The position numbers and the translations under genes were made by a program. This document shows positions 41,354-58,986 of a stretch of 64,000 nucleotides of DNA, piece after piece. The stretch is taken from the NCBI GenBank assembly GCA_964016885.1, contig OZ024758.1, forward strand, positions 8,618,001 to 8,682,000. The letters are read 5' to 3'. Every line of letters begins with the position of its first letter. Positions within the stretch are counted from its first letter, which is position 1. The notes beneath the pieces are model-generated. The model did not search any database. It was not told the DNA's origin and was given only the letters and a program-made list of their open reading frames with translations. This stretch comes from Eledone cirrhosa. Its lineage: Eukaryota.

Positions 41354-41662
41354 GGAGTCATTATCGGTTTAATTAGCCTGGTCATTGCCTATGTGTAGTC
41401 ATGTGGGGCTAGTCACCACACAGGTTAAGCTAGTAATGGTGATGTTATTAAACTGTCACAAAACGTGAGAAAGCTAGCAGTAATCTAGGGATGGTTTGAT
41501 CTTCAACAAGATTCGGAATTAAAGTATGTAAAGAGGTGAATAATGGTCTCGCGCCTGGGGTTTTGCACCCGAGACAGCGTTCACCCACACCGTCCGGGTT
41601 CGTATCAGAGGTGGAGCGATGGTTTAGCATTCATTCATATATTTTTGTTGTAGTTTAAAAAG

Positions 41663-41788
<126 letters not shown>

Positions 41789-42097
41789 GTGAGGTTTTTT
41801 TACAAAAGTGAAAGTATAAAGAAAAAAAGATGAAATCGAAAATGCAACTGGAGTCTAATTTTTTTTTAAATATATATATATTTATTTGCTTCCTTTACCG
41901 GTTTCGCAGTTCTTCTGCTTTTCAAAAGTAGAGTTGAGATGGAGGGTCTGTGGTTTTTCTCACATCTGAGATGTGAGAAAAACCACAGAGAAACCGGTAA
42001 AGGAACCAAATAAATATATATATATTTTTAAAATAATAAGACTCCAGTTGCATTTTCGATTTCAGCTTTTTTTCTATATATATATATATACAATACA

Positions 42098-42265
42098 TAA
42101 ACAGAGAAAGCCTTAAGCGATACTCCGACCAACTCCATCTCACTCAACAAACATTAGGATATACTTAAGTATTATCCCAATTTAGTGTTTGGGGTGCTAA
42201 CTAATCAGTATTTCGTGGATATTTGGTTGTATTATTTTATATGAGACATTATTAAATAAATATCA
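42098..42265. repeat. (TA)n-embedded repeat family L (second copy at 45197-45370)
   Basis: Shared gcgatactc(c/t)gaccaactccatctcactcaac..ggtgctaact..gtggata..tggttgtattatttt. Confidence 0.8.
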
Positions 42266-42519
42266 TATATAGTAATAATAATAAATTTGAAGACTAAAAT
42301 CCAAAGAGGGCTCCATAAGGAAAATATATATCAAATATATAAGAACCGTAGAGCAAATATTTATTAAAATAACAGATTAAATTGTAAGCAAAGAATCGCT
42401 GCTTTCACCCTTCACGGGATCTTAATCGTGTGGCCACTGTCGTCATTGAAATGTGTATCACAACATTACCAATAAAGAACTTTAACATCTGAAACTACTT
42501 CGCATTTTCTCATTATATA

Positions 42520-42552
<33 letters not shown>

Positions 42553-42561
42553 TTGTATATA

Positions 42562-42642
<81 letters not shown>

Positions 42643-43128
42643 AATATCATTATTTCTGAAAACAGCATATATATGTGTAGGTATGTATATTCCCTCTGAT
42701 AGTTTGTAAAATTTTTACCTAGATCTATATGATATACATACCAACACACACATATATATCCTAGAAACGATCGTAAAATGATGAATTTTTTAATATAAGG
42801 AACTGTTTCTTTGTTTTTATTCATTATTTGTATTAATTTATATATATATATAAACCACTATATCTATAACTAGGTCTACATTATCTCCTGTGGGTATTAC
42901 ACCTCCCATGCATATGAAGATGTCGTAACACAATGTTATAATACAGAAAATATTTATTAAAACAATAGAAAAAATAAATACAGACTTCCATATTATGAAA
43001 ATGTTCTTTTTGCAACAATAATTAGTCATGACTATATGACTTGTATCATGTTTAGAAAACATATATATGTTTTTCAATGTTTACCGAGCACAAATATTAG
43101 ATAAAGTAAAAGTTAACAAATTATTCTT

Positions 43129-43171
<43 letters not shown>

Positions 43172-43424
43172 TATATGTAGATAAATCTACCAAGAGTTTA
43201 CGGTAGTGTCCAATCCGTATGAAGAACTCAATGTATTCCGGATATCATATATACCCTAGAAACGATCGTTAAATAGTGAACTTTTTTTGTTTAATATAAG
43301 GAATTGTTTGTTCATTATTTGTTTAATATTTTATATATAGTATATATATATATATAGTATATATATATATATAGTATATATATATATATGTATATATAGT
43401 ATATATATATATATGTATATATAG

Positions 43425-43471
<47 letters not shown>

Positions 43472-43479
43472 TATATATA

Positions 43480-43511
<32 letters not shown>

Positions 43512-43537
43512 CAGTATATATATATATATATATACAG

Positions 43538-43643
<106 letters not shown>

Positions 43644-43711
43644 GTTTGTGTAATAAATATATATACACATAATATAGACATAATACACATGCACATACAC
43701 TAAAACGCACA

Positions 43712-43754
<43 letters not shown>

Positions 43755-43757
<3 letters not shown>

Positions 43758-43805
43758 TTCCTGATGATTTCTAAAGAATGAAACAGTTCTAGTCCTGTAG
43801 AATCT
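43755..43805 (+). ncRNA. Type I hammerhead ribozyme, family A (intact), element 43755-43889
   Basis: AGATTC-CTGATGA..GAAA-CAG..CTG-TA|GAATCT begins immediately after (TA)n. Confidence 0.88.
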
Positions 43806-43887
43806 CATCTATATTAAAACTTTTATACTCTGCAATGTATTGAGTACCTTACTTACTGTGGTTACCTCCGATTCAACCTGGAATAAC

Positions 43888-43938
<51 letters not shown>

Positions 43939-44425
43939 TATTTATGTATACATATATATAAATATTTTTATATTTGTATATATATACATGAGTGTGTGTG
44001 TGTGTTTATGTACACACCACACACATATCTATGTACATATATATATATATATATCATACACGTCTTTTAAAATATACTTATTTTAAAAAATGATGTCTTT
44101 TACAAAATAATTATGGAGGATATTCTTGTTTTCCAATTCAATGAATATGAGATATGAAACTGAAATGGAGAATTGGTAGATTAGGTAAAAACAATATATA
44201 ATATAACAATGGTATATATATATAATATAACACTGGTATATATATATATATATATATATATAACTGCTCTGTAAAACAACCGATGTTATTACATTGAGCT
44301 ATTTATCTTACTGGTAATAAGATAGTAATTAATGACTCTCTTTCACTATTTAGGGTTTGTATAAAAATATATATAACCATAAAAGGTTTTATTACATACA
44401 TAACCATAAATAGTATCCTTAATAC

Positions 44426-44466
<41 letters not shown>

Positions 44467-44679
44467 ATTTATTTGTATTTTTTTATTCTTGAACTTTATT
44501 TTCTTTGCAATTTTCCGTTTGTGTTATTCTTGATGAAGGGGTAAATAACCGATACGTTCACTATATAAGTCATTCTTCTTCCTCCAAGCGTAAAACTAAT
44601 ATACTTCATAGCATTGCATCCTCTTATTTGTTCGTTTCTTGTCTCCGCGTGTCTGTATGAGTGTGTGTGTAACTATCTA

Positions 44680-44759
<80 letters not shown>

Positions 44760-44796
44760 TATTTGCTTAAACTTTAATCTGTTATTTTAATAAATG

Positions 44797-44830
<34 letters not shown>

Positions 44831-44831
44831 C

Positions 44832-44901
<70 letters not shown>

Positions 44902-44943
44902 TTATATATACATATATGTGTGTATATAAGCTTGTATGTATGA

Positions 44944-45024
<81 letters not shown>

Positions 45025-45123
45025 TATTTGCTTAAACTTTAATCTGTTATTTTAATAAATGTATATATATATATATATTTATATATACATATATGTGTGT
45101 ATATAAGCTTCTATGTATGAATG

Positions 45124-45194
<71 letters not shown>

Positions 45195-45591
45195 CATTAA
45201 CGGAGAGAGCTTTTAGCGATACTCTGACCAACCAACTCCATCTCACTCAACACACATTAGGATATACCTGAGTATAACCCCAATTATGTGTTTAGGGTGC
45301 TAACTATATAGTATTCCGTGGATAGTTGGTTGTATTATTTTATATGAGGCATAATAAATAAATAAATATAAAGTTATATAAACATTTCTAAAACTTAGAA
45401 GGAAAATGAGACTATTTTGTGTTAGAAATAGAAACAATTGCGTCGTTAGCAAAATATATTTCGAACTAATCAAGCTTGTATTTATATATGAAAAGTTGCC
45501 GTGTTATATCTAACTTGATGTAGAACAAACACCGCAAGGGCTTTCGGTTGTGAAGTAACTGTTTGTGTGTTTGTTTGTTTTATATATAGGT

Positions 45592-45647
<56 letters not shown>

Positions 45648-45920
45648 GTATATATATATGTGTGTGTATATATATATGTATATATATATATGTATATATA
45701 TGCATATATATATGTATATATATATGCATATATATATGTGTATATATATGTATATATGTATATATATGTATATATATATATGTATATATATGTATATATA
45801 TATATATGTATATATATATTTATATATATGTGTATATATATATATATACATATGTATATATGTATATATATATATGTACGTATATGTATGTATGTGTATG
45901 TATAAGTATGTATATGTATT

Positions 45921-45954
<34 letters not shown>

Positions 45955-46060
45955 TGTGTGTATATATATATATATACATATGTATATATGTGTATATATA
46001 TATGTACGTATATGTATGTATATGTATGTATATGTGTATGTATAAGTATGTATATGTATT

Positions 46061-46094
<34 letters not shown>

Positions 46095-46200
46095 TGTGTG
46101 TATATATATATATACATATGTATATATGTGTATATATATATGTACGTATATGTATGTATATGTATGTATATGTGTATGTATAAGTATGTATATGTATTTA

Positions 46201-46275
<75 letters not shown>

Positions 46276-46408
46276 ACAATGAGTTGTATGGTTTGTTGAT
46301 TATTCAACAAATTTAATCTTACAACATAGAACCAATCTACAGAATTTATCTGGGGTATCATTAATATCAATAATATTAATAAACGGAAAATATCTTTATA
46401 AAACCATA

Positions 46409-46473
46409 TTTATTTTATTATACGTATTTCAAGGGTAATAATATTTAAGTACACTTTCGTCAGATAAAATAAA
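46409..46473 (-). ncRNA. Type I hammerhead ribozyme, family E relative (element ~46270-46670)
   Basis: Reverse complement: TTTATTTTAT-CTGACGA-AAG..CTT-GAAA-TACGTA-TA|ATAAAATAAA; 10-bp helix I. Confidence 0.82.
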
Positions 46474-46810
46474 ATACTTAAGATAGTGACATATCTTCAT
46501 GTGAACCTACTGGTATAAGCCTAATGAAGATAGTGATTGAAAGATTCAAAACTTAAGGGATATAAGTTAATGAGGATTCGTTAAACCTGAAAAAGGCTGT
46601 TAAATTTAGACGCTTGATAAATTTTTTAAAATCCTTATTTATATTGTTTATGGATTTGTTATTTAGATACATGTACATGTACACATATATATATATATAT
46701 ATATAAATACATATATATATATATATACATATTGCTATTTGTATATTAAATATTTATACTCTGCTGTGTATTGAGTACCTTACTTACTGTGGTTACGCCC
46801 GACTCAACCC

Positions 46811-46843
<33 letters not shown>

Positions 46844-46844
46844 C

Positions 46845-47339
46845 AACACGGGTCGCTCTTCAACACTATTGGTAACATGTAACCCAGTACATCCTGTGCG
46901 TGTCCAAGTGGTCGGTGCTTAAACCGGCAACCCCAACAAGCTTGCGTCGTGGTGAGGAGGGTGATTTGGGACACCCCGAAGGATGACAAACAACAGCCGT
47001 CAAATGGTGGAGGAACTCAGGAGAGTCAACGGCTATCCATGAAGTTTGTTTTTTTATGTGGAGTGAGAGACTCCTAGTCTTCATTAAGACGTCTCTCTAA
47101 GGAGAAGGTCACTCTGATATAAAACCTGATGTAGACCGGTTCTTCTTTTTAGGTAAATGCATTCGATGTTCAGAGAGTCGGACTGGCCCCCTACAAAGTC
47201 TTTCCTCATTTAAAAAAGTTCCAAGCACAGGCATCGGTTGATATGTGACATTTTTCGCGATGCATAGTATTGCTGGCCATAGGCAAGTCCCTAAAAAACC
47301 CCACGACCATGATGCTCATGCTTAAGTATCAATCGATGG

Positions 47340-47343
<4 letters not shown>
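46845..47343 (+). mobile_element. Short RTE-like non-autonomous element, diverged relative of 56119-56719
   Basis: ggtaacatgtaacccagtaca..taaaccggcaacccca..ggagggtgatttgggacacc..gagtcaacggctatcca..aggagaaggtcactctgatataaaacctg aligns with the 5' part of the 56.7-kb element. Confidence 0.6.
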
Positions 47344-47385
<42 letters not shown>

Positions 47386-47584
47386 CGAAGGAAATGTGTT
47401 AAGGAACCAGGTGGACCATAACGCACCAAAGTACTCAATACTTAGGGTAGTAGAGTGGGTAATAGGAACGAGTAGGACCCCGACGGATGAGCTCAAGCCG
47501 TTTCGACGGCTAATTCCGGACTGGAATTAGTCCGGAATTAGCCGTCGAAACGGCTTGAGCTCAGCCGTCGGGGTCCTACTCGTT

Positions 47585-47645
<61 letters not shown>

Positions 47646-47661
47646 TATATATATATGTATG

Positions 47662-47694
<33 letters not shown>

Positions 47695-47849
47695 GTATAT
47701 ATATATATGTATGTATGTATATATGTAAAGGTATGTATGTATATAAGTATATGTATGTATGTATATATGTATGTATATATATATGTGTGTATATGTATGT
47801 ATATATATATATATGTGTGTATATGTATGTATATATATATATATGTGTG

Positions 47850-47903
<54 letters not shown>

Positions 47904-48244
47904 TAGATACCTGTATGTATGTATGTATATATGTACGTATGTATGTATGTGTGTATATATGTATGTATGTATGTATATTGCAGGTGATTTTCCAAATTTC
48001 AAGTGTTGAGTTTTAATACCGCCGAGGTTACCTTTGACTTTGATCCTTACGAGGTCAATAAAATAAAGTACCAGTAACGCACTGGGGTCGATCTGATCAG
48101 CTTACTTCTTTCCTTCATTGCTGGCCTTGTGCCAAATATAAAAAACCATTATTATTATTGGGAATACAGTGAGACGTATGTCACACATTTTATGCTCTCC
48201 AGTCACATTACTACAAATTTAATCTATAAGAGAGTATTCATTGG

Positions 48245-48320
<76 letters not shown>

Positions 48321-48333
48321 GTATGTGTGTATC

Positions 48334-48366
<33 letters not shown>

Positions 48367-48425
48367 GTATATACAGGATCGATCGACTTTCGTCAAATCG
48401 GACCGTCGGTCTTTCCAGTTGCTAA

Positions 48426-48483
<58 letters not shown>

Positions 48484-49424
48484 TTTATATATTTATATAT
48501 ATATATCTATAATATTAATAATAATAATATTATTATTATTTACACTCTGCTGAGTACAACACTAAATACATACTGCAAAGTCAGCACTGGATGTGTAGCT
48601 TCCAGTATGTATTTAGTGTTGTACTAATATATATATATATATATATATATATGTTATATATATATATTATTATTATTATTATTACTATATTTATATATAT
48701 ATAAAATATATAATAGATATATATATAAAATATATAATAGATATATATATAAAATACATATATCTAATATATATATAACATATATATAATATATATATAT
48801 TATATATATAACATATATATAATATATATATATTATATATATGTAATATATATATGTATATATATATAACATATATATATTATATATATGTAATATATAT
48901 ATGTAATATATATAATATATATATAATATATATATTATATATATATAATATATATATTATATATATAATATATATATATATATATGTATATCTATATATA
49001 ATATATATAGATAATATATGTATAATATATATATAATATATATATATATAAACTATATACAATATATATATATAACATAAATATATAATATATATATAAT
49101 ATATATATAACATATATATATAATATATATATAATATATATAATATATATATAATATATATATAATATATATATAATATATGTATAATATATATATATAA
49201 ATTATGTAATATATATATATATAGTATATATATATAATATATATATAATATATATATAATATATATATATATAATATATATATATATAATAGATATATAA
49301 TATATAATATATATATATATAATATATATATATATAATATATATATATAATATATATATATATAATATATATATATATAATAGATATATAATATATAATA
49401 TATATATATATATATATAATATAT

Positions 49425-49501
<77 letters not shown>

Positions 49502-49737
49502 ATATTATATATATATATAATAGGTATATTATATATATATATAATATATATATTATATATATATATATATAATAGATATATAATATATATATATATAATA
49601 TATATAAATAATATATATATATATATAAAACAAAGGAAATGTGGTAAGGAACCAGATGGACCATAACGCACCAAAGTACTCAGTACTTAGGGTAGTAGAG
49701 TGGGTAATAGGAACAAGTAGGACCTATTACCTGTTCC

Positions 49738-49802
<65 letters not shown>

Positions 49803-49899
49803 GACGAGGCTAGCATGGGTTTCACTGCTAGTACCGCTTTCATCTCAGCGTACTCAATAGGTAATGTTATGTAAAATCCCAGAAACAGTTATTCGCTTC

Positions 49900-49937
<38 letters not shown>

Positions 49938-50276
49938 ATGTATATGTTTATAACATTTATATATATGTATGTATTTATATATATGTATATATTTATATAT
50001 GTATATATTTATATATATGTATATATTTATGAATATATTTATATGTATGTATACGTTTATATATTGGTAATAACATGTAAATGGTAAATATATGTCTATA
50101 TATATGTAATATAATGTAATAATATGTTGTCTTATATTATGTTATATATCAAATATAGTATATTAAGGTATATAAGTCTTGTTATCATTATATAGCATTA
50201 GACACAACATAAATTCGTATTCAATTGAAGTAATACTTGATATATATATACCATAAAAACCGTACCTACTTCGGTG

Positions 50277-50319
<43 letters not shown>

Positions 50320-50478
50320 ATTATTATTATTACATTAGATATTAGTTAACAATGATAATAATAACAAAGGCAAGTTATTTTACATTTCATTGTTTTACGA
50401 TCGTTTCGATAGCTATCTCTGGAGCTCACAGTATTTTTTGATAACGGATTTCATTGAGTTCTAACTACGATACAGACC

Positions 50479-50521
<43 letters not shown>

Positions 50522-50689
50522 TAACACTCACACATATATATTGTGTCCTTTTTTTTGATATTTCTGTTTATTTTTTTACATATATATATAAATATATAAA
50601 TATTTGCTCAACAGTTCTTATATATCTGATATATATTTATCCTTATCGAGACCTCTTTGGATTTTAGTCTTCAAATTTATTATTATTAC

Positions 50690-50788
<99 letters not shown>

Positions 50789-50953
50789 GAAATTAAACAC
50801 AAAACAGTTAATTCATAGTAAAACACATTATTTTACGATCGTTTCTAGGGGGGTAGTTTTTGTATTTTAAACTTTGCTTCACGACATCTTCTACATACGG
50901 ATTACATTGAGTTCTTTATACGGTTTAGATCCTACCATTGAGTGGTAGATGTA

Positions 50954-51020
<67 letters not shown>

Positions 51021-51356
51021 TTATATATATGTATATTGGACTTCGTATTTATTTTAACTATTATTATGCGCACTTTTACACGAGCTTATTGTAAACCCCC
51101 ACTGTCCTTGTTTTTGTATTGTCCCCTACGTCTCGGCCCCTTGTGGCCAATAAATGAAATCATTATTATTATTATTACGGTGGTTTCGCAGTATCGGTAG
51201 AGGGTCAGACACCGTGCTTTGCAGCATAGAGTTATGACCCTTTACCTTCTGAGTTCAAATACCGCCGATATTAGCTTTGCGACGTCGATAAGAAAAAGCA
51301 CCAGTAATACACTGGGGTGATTGCTGACCTTGAGCCAATAGTAGAAACTTTATTAT

Positions 51357-51417
<61 letters not shown>

Positions 51418-51420
<3 letters not shown>

Positions 51421-51573
51421 TTAATATAGATGAGTTTCTACAAGACTAGAACTGTTTCATTCTTTAGAAATCATCAGTCCTGTAGAATCTCATCTATATT
51501 AAACTGTTATACTCTGCACTGTATTGAGTACCTTACTTACTGTGGTTACCTCCGATTCAACCCGGAATAACGT
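51418..51573 (+). mobile_element. Family A element with inverted hammerhead-containing arm
   Basis: Minus arm 51418-51477 carries the core; plus arm starts inside helix III and continues to the family-A tail. Confidence 0.8.
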
Positions 51574-52429
51574 ATATACATATATATATGTGTGTGTATA
51601 TGTATGTGTGTGTGTATTTCTAGATATATATATTCATACATGTATATGTATATATATATATATTTATATACATATGTATATATAAATGTATGTGTTTATA
51701 TATATTATAATACATGTATATTTATATATATATATTATATACATATGTGTATATAAATGTGTGTATATATATATAATATATGTATATTTATTTATATATA
51801 TTTATATATATATATATGTATATAAATGTAAGTGTGTATATATATAAAATATATGTATATTTATTTATATAATATATGTATATTTATTTATATATATTTA
51901 TATACATATATGTATATAAATGTAAGTGTGTATATATATAAAATATATGTATATTTATTTATATATATATATTTATATACATACATGTATATAAATGTAT
52001 GTGTGTATATATCTAAAATATATGTATATTTATTTATATATATTTATATACATATATGTATATAAATGTATGTGTATATATATAATACATGTATATTTAT
52101 TTATATATATGTATATAAATATGTGTATATAAATGTATGTGCGTATATATACATAATATATGTACTTAGTTTATTCCCGCAGACATTAAGGTAATATTTT
52201 TTCTATCATATTTACGTTGCATATAAATGTACATCTTCACTATTAAGCTATATATGTGTGTGTGTGTGTTTGTATATGTGTGTGTGTGCTGTGTATATAT
52301 ATATATATATACACACACACTCACTCACACACACACATATATATAAACGACACAATGTATATATATATATATATTATATATATATATACATACACACTCA
52401 CTCACACACACACATATATAAACGACACA

Positions 52430-52478
<49 letters not shown>

Positions 52479-52714
52479 CATACATACATACATATATATA
52501 TATATATACACATACATATATATATAAATATATATGCATATAAATATATATACATACATATATATCTATATGTATATATATATATATATACATATACACA
52601 CATACATATATATATATATATACCACATATATATATACATATATAAATATATATGCATATAAATATATATACATATATAAATATATATGCATATAAATAT
52701 ATATACATATATAC

Positions 52715-52763
<49 letters not shown>

Positions 52764-52842
52764 CACACACGCACACACGCACACAAACACACACACATAT
52801 ATATATTATGTCCTTTGTTTTGTTATTTCTGTTTATTTTTTT

Positions 52843-52898
<56 letters not shown>

Positions 52899-53255
52899 AT
52901 GTGTATGTATGTATGTATGTATATATATGCGTGTATGTATACGAGTGTGCAACCATGTTTTGTAGGAGTGCGGGGGGGGGGGGCTATAAGCACACATCGG
53001 GAAAGATGTAACGATAAAGGTTACGATGATACCGACTTCCCCTCCAGGGCTTCTATGGTTACTACGGACTGGAAAAAATGCATTTCTTGGAATATCTGCT
53101 TCCATTGCCTGAAGAACGCTGTAACGTTGTATGTTTGAAAATACACGCAAATATTTGTTTAAACAAACAGACTGATATACACAAATATACGTGTACATAT
53201 GTGTGTAAATATACACGTGCGCATATATATATATTTGTATATATGTATATATATG

Positions 53256-53286
<31 letters not shown>

Positions 53287-53622
53287 ATATATATGTATAT
53301 ATATGTATATATATGTATATATATATATATGTATATATATAAATATATAAATATATAAATATATGTATATATATATATATTATATATATATATATGTATA
53401 TATATAAATATATAAATATATATATATATGTATATATATGTATATATATATATATGTATATATATAAATATAATATATATATGTAAATATATATATATAG
53501 ATATATATATGTATATATATATATATATATATAAATATATGTAATATATGTATATATATATAAATATATGTATATATATGTATATATATATATGTATATA
53601 TATAAATATATATATATATATG

Positions 53623-53694
<72 letters not shown>

Positions 53695-53748
53695 AACACA
53701 TGTAGGTATATATATACAAATATATAAATATATACACATATTATTTAA

Positions 53749-53813
<65 letters not shown>

Positions 53814-53987
53814 TATATATAATAATACTCTCCATAATATTACATCAAGATTGACCATACGGAATGACCAATTCTATCCAGTGGTGAACCAACAAACCTA
53901 AATGTATATATATATATATATATATATAACGAAGGAAATGTGGTAAGGAACCAGGTGGACCATAACGCACCAAAGTACTCAATACTT

Positions 53988-54026
<39 letters not shown>

Positions 54027-54058
54027 TATATATATATGCATATATATATATATATATA

Positions 54059-54124
<66 letters not shown>

Positions 54125-54229
54125 TAATATATATATATATATGTGTATACATAGGTGTATATGTATATGTATGTTTATATATATATCCAACTCCCTCTAA
54201 ACACGCGCGCACTGATAGACAGACACATA

Positions 54230-54293
<64 letters not shown>

Positions 54294-54359
54294 GTATATA
54301 TATTTAATTATTTTCTCTTTAACATAGCCTACTCACACTTTCACTTCCGCCGCATTCAC

Positions 54360-54414
<55 letters not shown>

Positions 54415-54621
54415 AAAATGTTTAACCCCGACGGCAGAGAGCTCGGGCCAGAAATAGCCGTCGAAACGGCTCGAGCTCTGCCGTCGGGGTTAAACATTTT
54501 CCTATTACCCACTCTACTACTCTAAGTATTGAGTACTCTGGTGCGTTATGGTCCATCTGGCTCCATACCACACTTCCTTTGTTATATATATATATACATA
54601 TATATATATGTATATACATAC

Positions 54622-54693
<72 letters not shown>

Positions 54694-54756
54694 GTGAGGT
54701 TTTTTTACAAAATGAAAAATAACCGAGGTGTCCTACGCGACTGAAAGTATAAAGAA

Positions 54757-54846
<90 letters not shown>

Positions 54847-54936
54847 GTATATGAAAATACGTTGTGTTATATGTATGAAGCTGTTTATTAATATTATTAT
54901 GATATTATGTCATTGCCATTCACTTACGAATACACC

Positions 54937-54968
<32 letters not shown>

Positions 54969-54991
54969 TATATATATATATATATACATCG

Positions 54992-55049
<58 letters not shown>

Positions 55050-55248
55050 GTGGGGTTTTTTTTACAAAATGAATAATAGCCGAGGTGTCCGACACGAGTG
55101 AAAATATAAAGAAAAAAAGATGAAATCGAAAATGCAAATGGAGTCTTATTTTAAAAAAATATATATATATTTATTTGGTTCCTTTACCGGTTTCGCAGTT
55201 CTTCTGCTTTTCAAAGTAGAGTTGAGATGGAGGGTCTGTGGTTTTTCT

Positions 55249-55335
<87 letters not shown>

Positions 55336-55458
55336 CGAAGGAAATGTGGTAAGGAACCAGGTGGACCATAACGCACCAAAGTACTCAATACTTAGGGTAG
55401 TAAAGTGGGTAATAGGACCAAGTGGGACCCCGACGGCTTGAGCTCAGCTATTTGTTCC

Positions 55459-55492
<34 letters not shown>

Positions 55493-56019
55493 TGTATGTA
55501 TATATATACAAATGGAAGTTCAGCCTATTCGAAGCTCTTGCAGCAGCTATGCTGTGTGTTTAAAAATATGGTCAACCATAAATCTTAGTTCTTTAGACAA
55601 GAAATCTATGATAATATTCTTGTGCTGATATATTTTATATCTTTTTAATTTGTATATCATGGCCGCATTCACTTGTATATGTGTGTGTTTATATACACAC
55701 ACACACATACACACAAACAGACATATATATATAGAGAGAGAGATACATACATTCATACATACATATATACATACATACATACATATATATATACATACAT
55801 ATCTAGATACATATATACATAGATATATCCATACATACATCCATCCATACATACAAATGAATGCGTATATATGTGTGTGTGTGTGTGTTTATATACACAC
55901 ACACACATACACACAAACAGACATATATATAGAGAGAGAGAGATAGATACATACATTCATACATACATATATACATACATACATACATACATACATACAT
56001 ACATACATACATACATACA

Positions 56020-56078
<59 letters not shown>

Positions 56079-56118
56079 CTATATACATATACACATACAC
56101 ATAGTTACATCCATACAT

Positions 56119-56719
56119 GGTGGCTGCCAACTCGTTTTCGAGTACGGCCACTACTTTATATCCATGTAGGAGAACCCCTACCGATGCGCTGAACGAGTGT
56201 GACTTTTTAGTCCAGCCAGCGACTTGAAAACTCTGGTACAAACAGTACACTTGTGACAATTATTGACACATAGTGCAGGGCCCATGGTACCATGTGACGA
56301 CAAGTGCAGAGAGATCTCCAGATATAAAGCAATGCCTGTGCCGTGAAGCTTTTATAGTGAGCAAAGGCACTGCACAAAGCCAGTCCCACTCTCTTAACCA
56401 AGATGATATTTACCAGAAAGAAGAACAAGTCAACATCATTGGATACCATCAGAGTTGCAGGTGCTATATAAGAGTTTTCCTTCTCCTAAAATTCTGCCTT
56501 GACAAATGCTTAGGGGTCATCTCTCCCGGTGATTTTGGATGGCTATTGACTCTTAAGAGCTCCTTTCCCCTTTGACAGGTTTTGTTTTTTGTCCTGCAGG
56601 ATGTCCAAAGTCACCCTCCCCACCAAGAAACCTTAGTGGGGCTGCCAGTTTAGTCGCCAACGACCCGACCATGAGACAGGTTGTACTGGGATACATGTTA
56701 CCAGTAGCACCAACTGGTG
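56119..56719 (-). mobile_element. ~600-bp bipartite RTE-like non-autonomous retroelement with 11-bp TSD in (TACA)n
   Basis: catccatacat at 56108-56118 and 56720-56730; RTE 5'UTR-like aggagaaggaaaactct; 3' stem-loop GTGGCcgtACTCGaaaaCGAGTtggcaGCCAC. Confidence 0.7.
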
Positions 56720-56777
56720 CATCCATACATACATCATATATACATCCATACATTCATACATCCATGCAAATGCATGC

Positions 56778-56837
<60 letters not shown>

Positions 56838-57029
56838 ATATATCTAAACATACGTACAAATAGGTATTACATAGTTGTCTCATATAGTGAATAATAGTTT
56901 TATATTTTAATGTTGAATATGATGATGATTGCTGTTTTTGTTTAGTTGCTATTGTTTGTGTTTTTCCTCTTCAGTTTTCTTGCCGACTTCCCCCCCCCCC
57001 ACCCCTAGGGCAGAGAAATCATCATTATA

Positions 57030-57112
<83 letters not shown>

Positions 57113-57140
57113 ATCTATGTATATGTATATATATATAGAT

Positions 57141-57171
<31 letters not shown>

Positions 57172-57182
57172 CATATATACAT

Positions 57183-57231
<49 letters not shown>

Positions 57232-57239
57232 CACACATG

Positions 57240-57313
<74 letters not shown>

Positions 57314-57385
57314 TATAGATACACATATATATATATACACACACACACACACACTCATATATATACATATATGTATACATATATG

Positions 57386-57418
<33 letters not shown>

Positions 57419-57694
57419 ATAACCTATATTAGATTATGTCTATTGCTTTAACTGATTTCCCTGATCCAACACAACAGTGAAGCTGGAAGACCACATTAAA
57501 ATATTTCCCTTCCAACGTATTTTATATGATACGAACAGTTAACATAAAGGTAGAGACATAAAGGTATGGCCGAAGTATAAAAATACCCTAGTACCCGACA
57601 GTTAATCTTCTGTTTCGTAAACTACCGTAATACATACTTCTTAACCCCGCATAGCTATTCATGTACATATATATATATATAATATATATAATAT

Positions 57695-57778
<84 letters not shown>

Positions 57779-57837
57779 TATGTTGATTTAAAACTGCACT
57801 ATCCACAAGTGTTTTTAACCTTCATATCATGTCTACC

Positions 57838-57908
57838 TATTTTATCTGATGAAAACACAAATGTTATTGCATGATGATATTTGTTTTTGAAATGCGCAAA
57901 ATAAAATA
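57838..57908 (+). ncRNA. Family E-like hammerhead with cleavage-site mutation (U16.1->A)
   Basis: TATTTTAT-CTGATGA-AAA..TTT-GAAA-TGCGCA-AA|ATAAAATA. Confidence 0.65.
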
Positions 57909-57955
57909 CATGGAACTCTTTTAACCATCTTTTGTTCTTATATATTATATATATA

Positions 57956-58051
<96 letters not shown>

Positions 58052-58294
58052 GTATGTATATATATTTAAGGGCGATGCCACAGCATGGCCTCAGCCGGAT
58101 GGCTGGAACAGGTAAAAGAGTAAATATATATGTATATATATATATTTATATATATATTTATATATATATATATTTATGTATGTATATATATTTATATATA
58201 TATATTTATGTATGTATATATATATATGTATAACTTTGAAATGTTTTGGCCAGTATTGGCCCAGGCCATGTCTAACTTAATAGCACCACCTGGC

Positions 58295-58392
<98 letters not shown>

Positions 58393-58393
58393 T

Positions 58394-58424
<31 letters not shown>

Positions 58425-58952
58425 GTATATATATATTTATATATATATATATGTATGTATGTATATATATATTTATATATATGTATGTATGTATATATAT
58501 ATATATGTATGTATGTATGTATATATTTATATATATATATATATGTATGTATGTATATATATATTTATATATATGTATGTATGTATATATATATTTATAT
58601 ATATGTATGTATGTATATATATATTTATATATACATATATATATGTATGTATATATATTTATATATACATATATATATGTATGTATATATATATATTTAT
58701 ATATACATATATATATGTATGTATATATATATATTTATATATATATATGTATGTATATATATATTTATATATATATATATTTATGTATGTATGTATATAT
58801 ATATTTATATATATATATATATATATTTATGTATGTATGTATATATATATTTACATATATATATATATATATATATGTATGTATATTTATATATATATAT
58901 ATATGTATATATATTTTATATACATATATATGCGTGTGTGTTTTTGTATCTT

Positions 58953-58986
<34 letters not shown>

